In this document: positions 33,230 through 43,371 of the stretch, in pieces
Layout of the letters: every line of letters begins with the position of its first letter
How positions within the stretch are numbered: the first letter of the stretch is position 1
Assembly (NCBI GenBank): GCA_965226885.1
Contig: CBDDEL010000016.1
Location: 704,001 to 768,000, forward strand
Source: Opitutales bacterium
Lineage (GTDB): Bacteria; Verrucomicrobiota; Verrucomicrobiia; Opitutales; UBA2987
DNA: 64,000 nt
Direction of reading: 5' to 3'
Notes under the pieces: model-generated
Database searches by the model: none
What the model was told of the DNA's origin: nothing
The model's input: only the letters and a program-made list of their open reading frames with translations
Position numbers and translations under genes: made by a program

Positions 33230-34639
33230 ATGTTTAAAAATATGCCTGTTTCCATCAACGAAAACGTATTGACTGCATTTCGTGATGCGGCGGGGGAAAA
33301 TAATCTCCTCTCCCGGGTGGAAGATATAGAAAAGATTTCCAAGGATTTTTACTGGTATTCTCCCATTCTGCACCGGCAACTGAAGGACAAGAGAGCCAAC
33401 CTCGGCATCCGCATAAGCGACCTGGGTACGTTGAAAAAAGTAATCTCCCTATGCTGCCAAAATAAAATACCCCTGCAAGTGAGGGGAGCCGGCACGGGAA
33501 ACTATGGGCAATTGATTCCTCTACACGGCGGGGTCGTTCTCGATCTTGCGGGCTTAAACCGCTTGATCTCCCTCGACGTCGAAAATGGGGTGGTCCGGGC
33601 CGAGCCAGGTGCGCGGCTGGGCACGATTGAAACAGAAGCCCTCAAAACCGGCTGGGAATTGCGTTGCATGCCTTCGACCTGGGTCAAAAGCTCGCTCGGC
33701 GGATTCCTTTGCGGCGGGTCGGCCGGGATCGGGTCCATTACTTACGGCGGGCTAGATAACAAGGACAACATCAAGTCGGTCTCCCTCCTGACCATTGAAG
33801 AGGAGCCCCGGCTGCTCTGTTTCGAGGAACGGGAATGCATCAAAGCGCTGCACACTTACGGAAGCACCGGCATATTGGTGGAGGCGCAGATGCGTTTGGG
33901 CAAGAAAGTGCCCTACGAGCAGCATATCTTCATTTCCAAGGATTGGAACCAACTGACGGAGTGGGCCTTCAAGGTGGCCTGCGACAATACTTTGCGCAAA
34001 CGCGAGATCGCCCAATTCGAGTGGCCCATGCCTTCTTTTTTCCTGCCCTTGCGTAAATATGTTCCCGTTGGTTGCCACTGCATGTTCCTGCTGGTGGACG
34101 AGGCGCAGTCGCAACAAGTGATTAACGACGCCGCTCAATCGGGCATTGATCACACCCACAAACTGTTGTTTCGAGAACCCCCGCGACCTCCCTATCTGAC
34201 GGATTATACCTGGAATCACACTACTCTGTGGGCCATTAAAAAGGACTCGTCGTTCACCTATCTGCAATTGGGTATGGCGGAAAATTTCGCCGAACAATTG
34301 GAAATCCTGACTAGAAAATATCCCGGCGAAATCTTGCACCATCTGGAATTCACCAAAGGTTACACCAAAATGCGGGCGGTCGATTATGAAATCCTCTGTT
34401 TCGACCTCCCCCTGGTAAAATACAAGAATGAAACCCGCCTGCATGAAATGATGGATTTTTGCCAAGAAATTGGCATATCCTGCGCCAATCCGCATTCCTA
34501 TTTCCTGGAAGAAGGCGGCGGGCACGAAGATATGGATGAGAAACGCCAACTGAAAAAAATCACCGACCCCTTGGGCATCCTCAATCCCGGCAAAATGAAA
34601 TCCTACCCAACCAATCCCTTTTTAACAACCGGCTCATAG
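33230..34639 (+). CDS. FAD-binding oxidoreductase 2
   Basis: RGAGTGNYGQLIP and DPLGILNPGK; paralog of both neighbours. Confidence 0.9.
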   Translation: MFKNMPVSINENVLTAFRDAAGENNLLSRVEDIEKISKDFYWYSPILHRQLKDKRANLGIRISDLGTLKKVISLCCQNKIPLQVRGAGTGNYGQLIPLHGGVVLDLAGLNRLISLDVENGVVRAEPGARLGTIETEALKTGWELRCMPSTWVKSSLGGFLCGGSAGIGSITYGGLDNKDNIKSVSLLTIEEEPRLLCFEERECIKALHTYGSTGILVEAQMRLGKKVPYEQHIFISKDWNQLTEWAFKVACDNTLRKREIAQFEWPMPSFFLPLRKYVPVGCHCMFLLVDEAQSQQVINDAAQSGIDHTHKLLFREPPRPPYLTDYTWNHTTLWAIKKDSSFTYLQLGMAENFAEQLEILTRKYPGEILHHLEFTKGYTKMRAVDYEILCFDLPLVKYKNETRLHEMMDFCQEIGISCANPHSYFLEEGGGHEDMDEKRQLKKITDPLGILNPGKMKSYPTNPFLTTGS

Positions 34640-34668
34640 CCAAATTGTTCATTATTCGGACTATCTTT

Positions 34669-36057
34669 ATGGCAAATGCAAAATGTTTACTTCCAGAAAT
34701 CGACGATCGGATGATTTCCAGTTTTCAATCAGTGGTGGGGGAGGAAAATGTTCTCACCGATCATGATAGCGTGGAGAAATTATCCAAAGATTTTTATTGG
34801 TATTCCCCTATTCTGAAAAAACAACTGAAAGACAAACAGGCCGATATCGCCGTAAAAATCAGCGCTCTGGAGGAGTTGCAGGCGGCTGTTTCCATCTGCG
34901 CCAAAAATCGCCTCCCCATCACCCTGCGAGGCGGCGGCACCGGCAATTACGGCCAGTGTATCCCGCTCTACCGGGGGGTGGTGATCGATATCACAAACAT
35001 GAACCGGATTCTTTCCCTGGACAGAGGCGTGGCCAGGGTGGAGCCCGGCGCCCGGCTCTTTACCATTGAAACCGAGGCCCGCAAACTGGGTTGGGAAATG
35101 CGCTGCATGCCAACCACATTTGTCAAAAGCACCATGGGCGGATTTCTCTGCGGCGGTTCCGGGGGCATCGGTTCCATCACCCACGGCATGATCCGCACCG
35201 GGGACAACATGAAATCCGTCACCTTCATGTCGGCGGAGGAGAAACCGCGAATTCGCAAATTCGAGGAAGAGGAAGTTTTGACCACTTTGCACACCTACGG
35301 CACCAACGGCATTCTGGTAGAAGCGGAAATGCGCTTGGCCCCTCAAGTAATTTACGACCAGATGATTTTCGTCTCTCGCGATTGGGAGCGCCTTCTCAAT
35401 TGGACCGATGGAATCGCCCGCGACGAGGCCATCCACAAGCGGCTGGTGTCGATGTTCGAGTGGCCTGTGCCGGTAAATTTCCTGTCCCTGAAAAAATACC
35501 TGCCAGAAGGCTATCACGTCGTTTTCCTGACCGCCAAACAGGAGCAGTGCGCCGATCTCATTGTGGACGCCGAAAAGAACGGCATCGACCACACCCGCAC
35601 CATACCCCATACGGATCCCATGAGACCGCCTTACCTGAGCGATTTCACATGGAACCACACCACCCTGTGGGCCATGAAAAAGGATCCCACTATGACTAAT
35701 TACCAAGTGAGGTTCGGGCCGAATTTTCAGGAACAGATCCGGCTGCTGTGGAAAAAGTTTCCCGGCGAAATTCAAATGCACCTGGAATGGATCAAGGCGG
35801 ACGACGAACCGTTCCTCATCAGCCTTCCCCTCATTAAGTTTTCAACCGAGGAACGTCTGCAAGAAATGGCCAACTACTTCACGGAAATCGGGATAACTAC
35901 GGCGAACCCACACACTTATATTCTGGAGGAAGGCGGCATGCATCCTGACATCGAGAAAAAACGGGCTCTGAAAAAGGAAATGGACCCGCATGGCATTCTT
36001 AATCCGGGTAAAATGGCCACCTACCCCCACAACCCTTTTGCCAAAGCCATGGCCTGA
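34669..36057 (+). CDS. FAD-binding oxidoreductase 3
   Basis: RGGGTGNYGQCIP and DPHGILNPGK. Confidence 0.9.
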   Translation: MANAKCLLPEIDDRMISSFQSVVGEENVLTDHDSVEKLSKDFYWYSPILKKQLKDKQADIAVKISALEELQAAVSICAKNRLPITLRGGGTGNYGQCIPLYRGVVIDITNMNRILSLDRGVARVEPGARLFTIETEARKLGWEMRCMPTTFVKSTMGGFLCGGSGGIGSITHGMIRTGDNMKSVTFMSAEEKPRIRKFEEEEVLTTLHTYGTNGILVEAEMRLAPQVIYDQMIFVSRDWERLLNWTDGIARDEAIHKRLVSMFEWPVPVNFLSLKKYLPEGYHVVFLTAKQEQCADLIVDAEKNGIDHTRTIPHTDPMRPPYLSDFTWNHTTLWAMKKDPTMTNYQVRFGPNFQEQIRLLWKKFPGEIQMHLEWIKADDEPFLISLPLIKFSTEERLQEMANYFTEIGITTANPHTYILEEGGMHPDIEKKRALKKEMDPHGILNPGKMATYPHNPFAKAMA

Positions 36058-36098
36058 AAGTGGATTGATGCCCGCGCAAACCGTAAAACTTTAGCATT

Positions 36099-37814
36099 GT
36101 GATCGGCAAAGGACTGGAAAATGCATTTACCGGCGTCGACTTAATAGCGGGGGTCAAGGCCGAGATGCGGGACGGCACCCGGTTGGCAGCGGATATTTAC
36201 CAGCCAACGGCCGATGGAACCTATCCGGTTTTGCTGATGCGCATCCCCTACGGACGGGAGGTCGCTTCCACCCCCACTCTTGCCCACCCCGTTTATTTCG
36301 CCCGCCAGGGGTATATCGTGGTCATTCAGGATGTGCGTGGTCGAGGCGATTCGGAAGGGACGTTCGATCCCTTTCGTCAGGAAGTGAATGATGGCTACGA
36401 CTCCGTCATGTGGGCTTCGGAACTGGAAAAAGCGAGCGGCCAGGTGGGCATGTATGGATTTTCCTACATGGGTTTCACGCAATTGCTGGCGGCGTCGGCC
36501 CGGCCTCCCACGTTGCAGGCCATCGCTCCCATGATGACTGCCTTTGACTGGTATTCGGGGTGGTTCTACCGGGACGGTATATTGCAAGCGTCCAGCGCCC
36601 TTTACTGGATCAGCCAGATGCTCCGGGATGACGCCAAGCGCGCAAAATTGCCCGATTTTATGGATTACGATGATTGCTGGATGCATTTCGGGCGGCTTTG
36701 CTATGAAATGCCGTTGGTGCGGGCCGACCCGATTACCCGGCCCGAAGCGCCCACCTATGGCCGGGAATGGCTGGAACACAGCCGTTACGACGCCTATTGG
36801 AAGGAATTCGACCTCCTTGGCCGGATCGACGAATTGGATGTGCCCATATTTCATGGGTCGGGCTGGTACGATTTTTTCCTGCGGGGCAGCTATGATGGAT
36901 ACAAGGCCATGACGGCCGGGAAATCCGCCCACCGCGAAAACCAATTCATGCTGACCGGCCCCTGGACGCACATGCCGTGGGGTGACACCTTGGGAGACGA
37001 GAACTTTGGACCCGAGGGGAAAATCGATGTATCCGCCCTCCTCGTCCAATGGTTCGATTACTGGCTGAAAGGAATTGAGCCGAAAGACAAACTGCAAGGA
37101 ACGCGGTATTTTATCATGGGGGCAAACCAATGGCGCTCCTCACCCACCTGGCCCCCGCCCGAATCGCAACCGGTGGATTATTTTTTGCATTCACAAGGCT
37201 GCGCCAATTCCCGGTTCGGCGATGGAACCCTGGAGATAGAGCCGGGCACGGGAGTGGAAAATCTTTTCGTCTATGAGCCCGATTATCCAGTGCTGGCTCC
37301 CGGAGGCAATCAAAGCGGGGCGACTTTAGCGGGTCCATTCGACCAATCAGAGGCCCAGCAATACAACAACCTGCTGGTTTATACAACGAAGACCCTACAG
37401 GAAAACATTGTCGTGGTAGGACGTCCTGCCTGCCGTCTTTATGTCCGCAGTTCGGCTCCGGAAACCGATTTCGTGGTCAAGCTGACCCGCGTAACCCAAG
37501 ACGGAAAAGCCCTTTTCCTGACCCTGGGAGCCATTCGCCTCAGCCGGGGAATATGTGACGATAGTGGAGTAACCCAATTGAATATCGAGATGGACGACAC
37601 GGCCTGCCAATTTCAAAAGGGCGAGCGCATCCGCATCGATGTGGCTAGTTCAGCTTTTCCATTGATGATCCGCAACCCGAATACGGGGCTTTCACCGGAA
37701 AGGGTCTCCTCGCCGGCCGAATTTCAACGGGCCATGCAGGTGGTTTACAACGATGCCGAATACCCTTCCAAAGTGATCCTTCCGGTTATGGTTGAGGAAA
37801 ATGGAAACACTTAG
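36099..37814 (+). CDS. CocE/NonD-family serine hydrolase
   Basis: MRDGTRLAADIY, QDVRGRGDSEG, GFSYMG nucleophile, GPWTH. Confidence 0.92.
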   Translation: MIGKGLENAFTGVDLIAGVKAEMRDGTRLAADIYQPTADGTYPVLLMRIPYGREVASTPTLAHPVYFARQGYIVVIQDVRGRGDSEGTFDPFRQEVNDGYDSVMWASELEKASGQVGMYGFSYMGFTQLLAASARPPTLQAIAPMMTAFDWYSGWFYRDGILQASSALYWISQMLRDDAKRAKLPDFMDYDDCWMHFGRLCYEMPLVRADPITRPEAPTYGREWLEHSRYDAYWKEFDLLGRIDELDVPIFHGSGWYDFFLRGSYDGYKAMTAGKSAHRENQFMLTGPWTHMPWGDTLGDENFGPEGKIDVSALLVQWFDYWLKGIEPKDKLQGTRYFIMGANQWRSSPTWPPPESQPVDYFLHSQGCANSRFGDGTLEIEPGTGVENLFVYEPDYPVLAPGGNQSGATLAGPFDQSEAQQYNNLLVYTTKTLQENIVVVGRPACRLYVRSSAPETDFVVKLTRVTQDGKALFLTLGAIRLSRGICDDSGVTQLNIEMDDTACQFQKGERIRIDVASSAFPLMIRNPNTGLSPERVSSPAEFQRAMQVVYNDAEYPSKVILPVMVEENGNT

Positions 37815-37862
37815 CGGTTGCCCTCGCGCGACAAAAAACCAAACTTTTTTTCGTTCACCGAA

Positions 37863-38633
37863 ATGGAGAATGCAAACGATACCCCACTGGTTCGCCTAAA
37901 GAACCTCCATAAGCGCTTCGGCGAGGGCGACACCGTTCTTGAGAACATCGATTTGGAGGCATCGGGGACGGATTTTATCGGTCTGATCGGTCCCAGCGGC
38001 TGCGGAAAATCAACCCTTCTCAAATTGATTTCGGGATTGACTCCGGTGACGGGTGGAAAGCTGGAAGTTAATGGCGGGAGCCCTGCCGCCGCCCGCGACC
38101 GGATGTCATACATCTTCCAGGATGCCACCCTCCTGCCCTGGCTAACCGTTCATAAAAACATTCAAACGACCATGCGCCTGCACGGGATCAACAAGAATGA
38201 ATGCATCCGCGTGGCCGATAAGATGGCGGCCATGGTGGGATTGGAAAAGGTCGTCAATTATTATCCCCGGCAGCTATCGGGGGGGATGCAAATGCGGGTC
38301 TCCATAGCCCGGGCCTTGAGTGTGTCGCCGCAAATCCTCCTTCTAGACGAGCCCTTTGGAGCCCTTGATGAAATGACGCGGGACCACCTCAACGAGGAGC
38401 TTTTAAGAATACGCTCGATGGAGTCATGGACGGCCTTTTTTGTCACCCATTCGGTGGCCGAAGCGGTCTTCCTGTCCACCGAAATAATCGTTTTAACCGC
38501 CAATCCGGGAACCATTTATAAAAAAATTGCCGTCGATTTCCCCTACCCTCGCACCGCTGAAACAAGAGAATCGCCCGAGTTTCAACGCCTGGTGGGGGAA
38601 GTTTCTCATCACTTGCGCTCGGTTGAACGGTAA
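37863..38633 (+). CDS. NitT/TauT-type ABC transporter ATPase
   Basis: GPSGCGKST, LSGGMQMR, LLLDEPFGALD. Confidence 0.95.
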   Translation: MENANDTPLVRLKNLHKRFGEGDTVLENIDLEASGTDFIGLIGPSGCGKSTLLKLISGLTPVTGGKLEVNGGSPAAARDRMSYIFQDATLLPWLTVHKNIQTTMRLHGINKNECIRVADKMAAMVGLEKVVNYYPRQLSGGMQMRVSIARALSVSPQILLLDEPFGALDEMTRDHLNEELLRIRSMESWTAFFVTHSVAEAVFLSTEIIVLTANPGTIYKKIAVDFPYPRTAETRESPEFQRLVGEVSHHLRSVER

Positions 38634-38654
38634 AGAGCCTCGATTTATTTCTTC

Positions 38655-39437
38655 ATGAAAAAGCATTTAGTGTGGATTTTGCCGACCATTACGGGATCCG
38701 TCATCATCGGGATTTGGTATTTTATCATTGTCGTTGGCGGCCAGCCGGACTACGTGCTGCCGTCTCCCTGGCAAATCCTGGAGGCCTGCGTCAATGAGCG
38801 GCATTTGCTGGTTCCGGCGGCTCTGAGGACAGGATTCGCGGCCATCGTCGGGTTTGTCACTGCAGTAGCCGGCGGCAGCCTTATCGGCCTCATCCTGGCC
38901 TCCTCGCGTTGGGTAAAAATGTCGTTTTACCCCTGGGTGCTGGTCATGCAAATGACGCCGCTGATCGTCATCGTGCCTATCTTTGTCCTCTGGTTTGGGG
39001 AAGGGCTGCCCAGCATAACGGCCATTACGTTCGGCATCTGTTTTTTCCCGGTGGTGGCCAATACGACGATGGGCCTCGTCTCCACCGATAAGAATTTGCT
39101 CGATTTATTCAAGATGAGCAACGCCTCCTTTACCCAGGAATTTTTTCTCCTGCGGGCTCCATATGCCCTCCCCTATTTTTTAACCGGAGTAAAGATCGCC
39201 GGTACCTTGGCACCCATTGGCGCCATAACGGGTGACTTTCTGGCGGGAACGGCCTCCACCTATGCCGGTTTGGGTTATCTGGTGCAAAACTACCGCAGCC
39301 AGATTATGACGGCGGAGCTTTTCGCGGTAGCCTTCGTCGGCTGCCTGATCGGGTTCATCTTCGTGTCGGCCGTAAATTTCGTCCATTGGTACTTGCTCCA
39401 CAACTGGCATGAATCCTCCCTTAAAGCCGAACATTAG
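38655..39437 (+). CDS. NitT/TauT-type ABC permease
   Basis: LPSP motif, about six TM helices, PYALPY..TG. Confidence 0.93.
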   Translation: MKKHLVWILPTITGSVIIGIWYFIIVVGGQPDYVLPSPWQILEACVNERHLLVPAALRTGFAAIVGFVTAVAGGSLIGLILASSRWVKMSFYPWVLVMQMTPLIVIVPIFVLWFGEGLPSITAITFGICFFPVVANTTMGLVSTDKNLLDLFKMSNASFTQEFFLLRAPYALPYFLTGVKIAGTLAPIGAITGDFLAGTASTYAGLGYLVQNYRSQIMTAELFAVAFVGCLIGFIFVSAVNFVHWYLLHNWHESSLKAEH

Positions 39438-40467
39438 AAGATTCCCACTTTGGGTCTTTTGCATTCTGTTTAGCTGTCTGAGTCTCCATTTTTCAGGCTG
39501 CCGGCAAAATCCACGGGCTACCTCTACCCAGGAGGGCCGAATCCTGCATAAGGTTATCATGCAAACCGATTGGTATGCTCAGCCAGAGCACGGCGGTTTC
39601 TACAATGCGCTTATTAAGGGATATTATGAAGAAAATGGTTTGGATGTGGAAATTCGGCAAGGGGGCCCGTCCTCGGTGGGGACGGAGAGGGTGGCCACGG
39701 GCAAAGTCCACTTCAGCCTCAGCTCGACCGATCAAATTAGAATTTTCGTGGAACATGGGCTGCCTCTAATAGTGGTTTACGCTTATATGCAGCGGAGCCC
39801 ACAGGCAATCCTTCTGCATGAGGACAATCCGGTCAACACCTGGAAGGACCTGGATGGTAAGGAAATCATGGCGGCGCCGGGCGCTTCATGGACCTATTTG
39901 CTGCAAAATAAATACGATATTCAGTTTGGCATAATCCCCCTCGATATGGGGATGGGCAGATTCTTGATGGACAAAAATTTCATCCAACAGTGTTTTGTCA
40001 CCAACGAGCCTTATTTTATTCAACAAAAAGGAGTGAAATCGAAAACCATGCTCTTCGCCGATTCTGGTTTCAATCCCTACCGGGTGGTTTTTACGGACCA
40101 AAAGTTTGCCCGCGAATTCCCTGAATTAGTGAGCGCTTTCGTGGCCGCCTCCATGCAGGGCTGGCTCGACTATGTGGAGAACGCTCCGGCCGAAACCAAT
40201 GCTGAGCTTTTACGCCTCAACCCTGCCAATACTCCAGAATTTGTTGAATTTGCCATCAATGCCATGCGGGACTACCAACTAGTCTCCGGCAATCCCGAAG
40301 TGGGAGAATTTCATGCCAGGGTATCTCCTAGGCGGATACAAAGAAATATGCGCGACATGGTGGAAATTGGAGTCATCAAAAAAACGCTCCCGATGGCAGC
40401 CTATCTTTCTAACGAATTTCTTCCAGCGGAGACGCAAAAAGCCATCGCCCGGGCCGAGACCGAATAA
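39409..40467 (+). CDS. NMT1-like ABC substrate-binding (lipo)protein
   Basis: QTDWYAQPEHGGFY, QGGP, TNEP; FSGC lipobox-like. Confidence 0.9.
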   Translation: MNPPLKPNIRRFPLWVFCILFSCLSLHFSGCRQNPRATSTQEGRILHKVIMQTDWYAQPEHGGFYNALIKGYYEENGLDVEIRQGGPSSVGTERVATGKVHFSLSSTDQIRIFVEHGLPLIVVYAYMQRSPQAILLHEDNPVNTWKDLDGKEIMAAPGASWTYLLQNKYDIQFGIIPLDMGMGRFLMDKNFIQQCFVTNEPYFIQQKGVKSKTMLFADSGFNPYRVVFTDQKFAREFPELVSAFVAASMQGWLDYVENAPAETNAELLRLNPANTPEFVEFAINAMRDYQLVSGNPEVGEFHARVSPRRIQRNMRDMVEIGVIKKTLPMAAYLSNEFLPAETQKAIARAETE

Positions 40468-40484
40468 ATTTTATCCCATTTTCA

Positions 40485-41525
40485 ATGAACGTAATTAGAA
40501 GAAAAAAGAAATTCCTTTTGGGACTGGTTTTATTACTGGCCGTTATGATTGTAGCGGGCTGCAAGAAAAAACATCACGCCACCGTCCTGAAAGATGGCAA
40601 GGAGCTAACCAAAATCATTCTGCAAACCGATTGGTACGCGCAGGCCGAGCACGGCGGTTTCTACAATGCCCTCTACAAGGGTTTTTATGAAAAGGCCGGT
40701 CTGGAGGTGGAAATTCACCAGGGCGGACCTAATTCCCTGGGGCCGGAACGCGTGGCCACGGGCAAGGCGCATTTTTCAATCACCCGGAGCGTCGAGATAA
40801 TGCTCTACGCTTCCCAAGGCATCCCGCTTATCATTGTTACGGCCTACATGCAGCGCGATCCGCAGGCACTTTTGCTCCATGCAGAAAACCCAGTCAAGAC
40901 CTGGAAAGACCTCGATGGCAAAATCATCATGAGCACTCCCGGAGTCTCCTGGACGATCTATCTGCAAAAGCAATTCGACATTGAGTTCCAAACCATAGCC
41001 GTGGATTACGGACTGGGGCGCTTTTTGACGGACAAGGATTTCATCCAGCAATGCTTCATCACCAACGAGCCTTATTATATGTCGGAAAAGGGCGTTGCGG
41101 TGAAAACCATGCTCATCGCGGATTCGGGTTTCAGCCCTTACAGGGTGGTTTACACCAATCGGAACTTTGCCCGTGAAAACCCAGATGCTGTGCGAGCTTT
41201 CGTAGCCGCCACCATCGACGGCTGGCGCGATTTCATTGAAAACGCACCGGACGAAACCCTACGCAAAATTTCCGAAATCAACCCCCAGATGAAGAGGGAT
41301 TTTATGGCCTATGGCATCAAGGCAATGAGGGAAAACGAACTTGTTGCGGGAAAAGCGGAAAAGGGGGAGCAATCGGGCTTGATCCTTCCCCTTCGCCTGC
41401 AAAAGCAGTTCGAGGAGCTGTTGAACCTGGGTGTAATTAAAAATCGCATTCCGGCTTCCGACTATATGTCGATCGACTACCTGCCCGAGGAACTGAAAAC
41501 GATCGCCCGGCAAAATCAGGATTGA
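40485..41525 (+). CDS. NMT1-like ABC substrate-binding lipoprotein
   Basis: VAGC lipobox; QTDWYAQAEHGGFY. Confidence 0.9.
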   Translation: MNVIRRKKKFLLGLVLLLAVMIVAGCKKKHHATVLKDGKELTKIILQTDWYAQAEHGGFYNALYKGFYEKAGLEVEIHQGGPNSLGPERVATGKAHFSITRSVEIMLYASQGIPLIIVTAYMQRDPQALLLHAENPVKTWKDLDGKIIMSTPGVSWTIYLQKQFDIEFQTIAVDYGLGRFLTDKDFIQQCFITNEPYYMSEKGVAVKTMLIADSGFSPYRVVYTNRNFARENPDAVRAFVAATIDGWRDFIENAPDETLRKISEINPQMKRDFMAYGIKAMRENELVAGKAEKGEQSGLILPLRLQKQFEELLNLGVIKNRIPASDYMSIDYLPEELKTIARQNQD

Positions 41526-43348
41526 TGCGATTATCGACTTTACTGAAATTCCGGTACCAGAAGGCCGCGGGTAGTATTTTTTCTGTTTTACTCTTACTTT
41601 GGGCCGTATGGGGGACCGGTTGCGGTAAAATTGAGAACTCTTCCGGCCAATCGCAGGAACAGCCGCTGGAGAAGATCATCCTTCAAACCGAATGGTATGC
41701 GGAACCCGAGCATGGCGGATTTTACTACGCTTTAGTCGAAGGCTACTACCAAGAAGCCGGCCTGGATGTGGAAATCCGCCAGGGTGGCCCCAATGCCCTT
41801 GCCCCCGAAAAAGTGGCCACCGGCAAAGCCGATTTCGCTCTCTCTCGCAGCGATGAAGCCATTATCTACGCGGCCCGGAATTTGCCCGTCCGGGTCGTCA
41901 TGGCCTCAATGCAGAGAGACGCCCAGGCTCTTCTTTTGCACGAAGAAAACCCTGTTGAAACCTTCTCCGATTTAAACGGCAAAACCATCATGGCCACACC
42001 TGGCGCATCCTGGATCAAGATTTTGAAAAATCGCTACGGAATCGAATTCGATACCATTCCGAACGATTACGGCATGGGCCGGTTCCTGACCGACAAATCC
42101 TTTATCCAGATGTGTTTTGTGACCAACGAGCCTTATTATGCGCGGCTCCGCGGAGCCCACCCAAAGACCCTGCTCCTAGCGGATTCCGGCTATAACCCTT
42201 ATCGGTCGGTATTAACCAATCACAAATTCGCCCAGGAGCATCCCGATCTGGTTCGCGCCTTCGTGTCGGCCTCCATTCGTGGTTGGCGAAACTACATGGC
42301 GGGGAACCGATCGCGCACCAACACTCACATCGCCTCATTGAATCCACAGATGACCGAGGAGTTCATGGAATTCATCCTCGACACAATTGAAGATTACAAG
42401 CTGGTCCAAGGCTATAAGGAACAGGGAGAAAGGCTGGGATTGGTCACCGCAAAACGGATGCAAGAGCAAATGGACGCGCTGCTTGAGAACGGCATCCTGA
42501 AAAAAGCATTACCTTTGGATTCTTTTTTTACCAACGAATTCCTGCCCGATGAACTGCGCGATTGGCAGAAAGTGGGTTCGCCCCCGGCAATTGCCCTGGC
42601 CGACGAGCGGCATTCGCCGGACGATTTGAGGATCAGAGGGCCAATCCGGGGCTTCGAGCCGTATCAACCCCTTTATATCAGCTACGAGGATCTTTTAAAA
42701 ATGCCGACCGAAACAATTGTCACCGACATTGTCTGGCTTGGCCAGGACCGCCAGACAACCGTCCTCGATCTCGAAACGCTGCGGGAATCCCTCGGCATTG
42801 AGGAGTTAACGGATTTCGTTCTGGCCGATTGCCGGGATGGCTATGAGGCCAATTTCGATGCCAAAGTATTAATAGAAAACAAGCCTTTCCTAGTCCTGCA
42901 AATCGATGGTTTTCCGCCTAAAAGAGGAGGCCGGGGTATGGGCGGTAATTTGTATTACCTGAATCTGAAAAATGAAAACGGAATACTTAACCCGGAACAT
43001 AAAAAACCCTTCGGAGTAACCGGCCTTGAATTCACCCGCCGCCAATTCAAATTGGAAGAACTCTACCGGGGCACTCTTACCGACCTGTCCCCACAGGCCG
43101 CCCGGGGGCGGGAAATTTATGTGGGAAGCTGCCTTAGCTGCCACCGGCCCCTCTCCGGCCAGTTCGGCGGAACACTCTCCAATCGCAACCTTGAGGCGAT
43201 CGCCGCACAGGCAAAATACAACCGGCAATATTTTCTCAACTGGGTGCGGGACCCGCAGGATTTAATTGAAGGCGTGGCCATGAGCCCCCATCCTTATCCC
43301 GAGGAAATGATGAACCAACTAATCGCTTTTCTGGAAAATATCCCCTGA
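41525..43348 (+). CDS. Fusion: NMT1-like binding protein + Moco-oxidoreductase-fold-like domain + cytochrome c
   Basis: Residues ~45-350 paralogous to the adjacent SBPs; then LRIRG..SYEDLLKMP..DGY..IDG.P; C-terminal CLSCH heme motif and Met. Confidence 0.8.
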   Translation: MRLSTLLKFRYQKAAGSIFSVLLLLWAVWGTGCGKIENSSGQSQEQPLEKIILQTEWYAEPEHGGFYYALVEGYYQEAGLDVEIRQGGPNALAPEKVATGKADFALSRSDEAIIYAARNLPVRVVMASMQRDAQALLLHEENPVETFSDLNGKTIMATPGASWIKILKNRYGIEFDTIPNDYGMGRFLTDKSFIQMCFVTNEPYYARLRGAHPKTLLLADSGYNPYRSVLTNHKFAQEHPDLVRAFVSASIRGWRNYMAGNRSRTNTHIASLNPQMTEEFMEFILDTIEDYKLVQGYKEQGERLGLVTAKRMQEQMDALLENGILKKALPLDSFFTNEFLPDELRDWQKVGSPPAIALADERHSPDDLRIRGPIRGFEPYQPLYISYEDLLKMPTETIVTDIVWLGQDRQTTVLDLETLRESLGIEELTDFVLADCRDGYEANFDAKVLIENKPFLVLQIDGFPPKRGGRGMGGNLYYLNLKNENGILNPEHKKPFGVTGLEFTRRQFKLEELYRGTLTDLSPQAARGREIYVGSCLSCHRPLSGQFGGTLSNRNLEAIAAQAKYNRQYFLNWVRDPQDLIEGVAMSPHPYPEEMMNQLIAFLENIP

Positions 43349-43371
43349 ACCAAACGATAATCGGATGCGGT

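Noticed and set aside
34780..37130. Long antisense ORFs (333 aa, 329 aa and similar elsewhere)
   Set aside because: Shadow frames of well-supported genes with no recognisable motifs.
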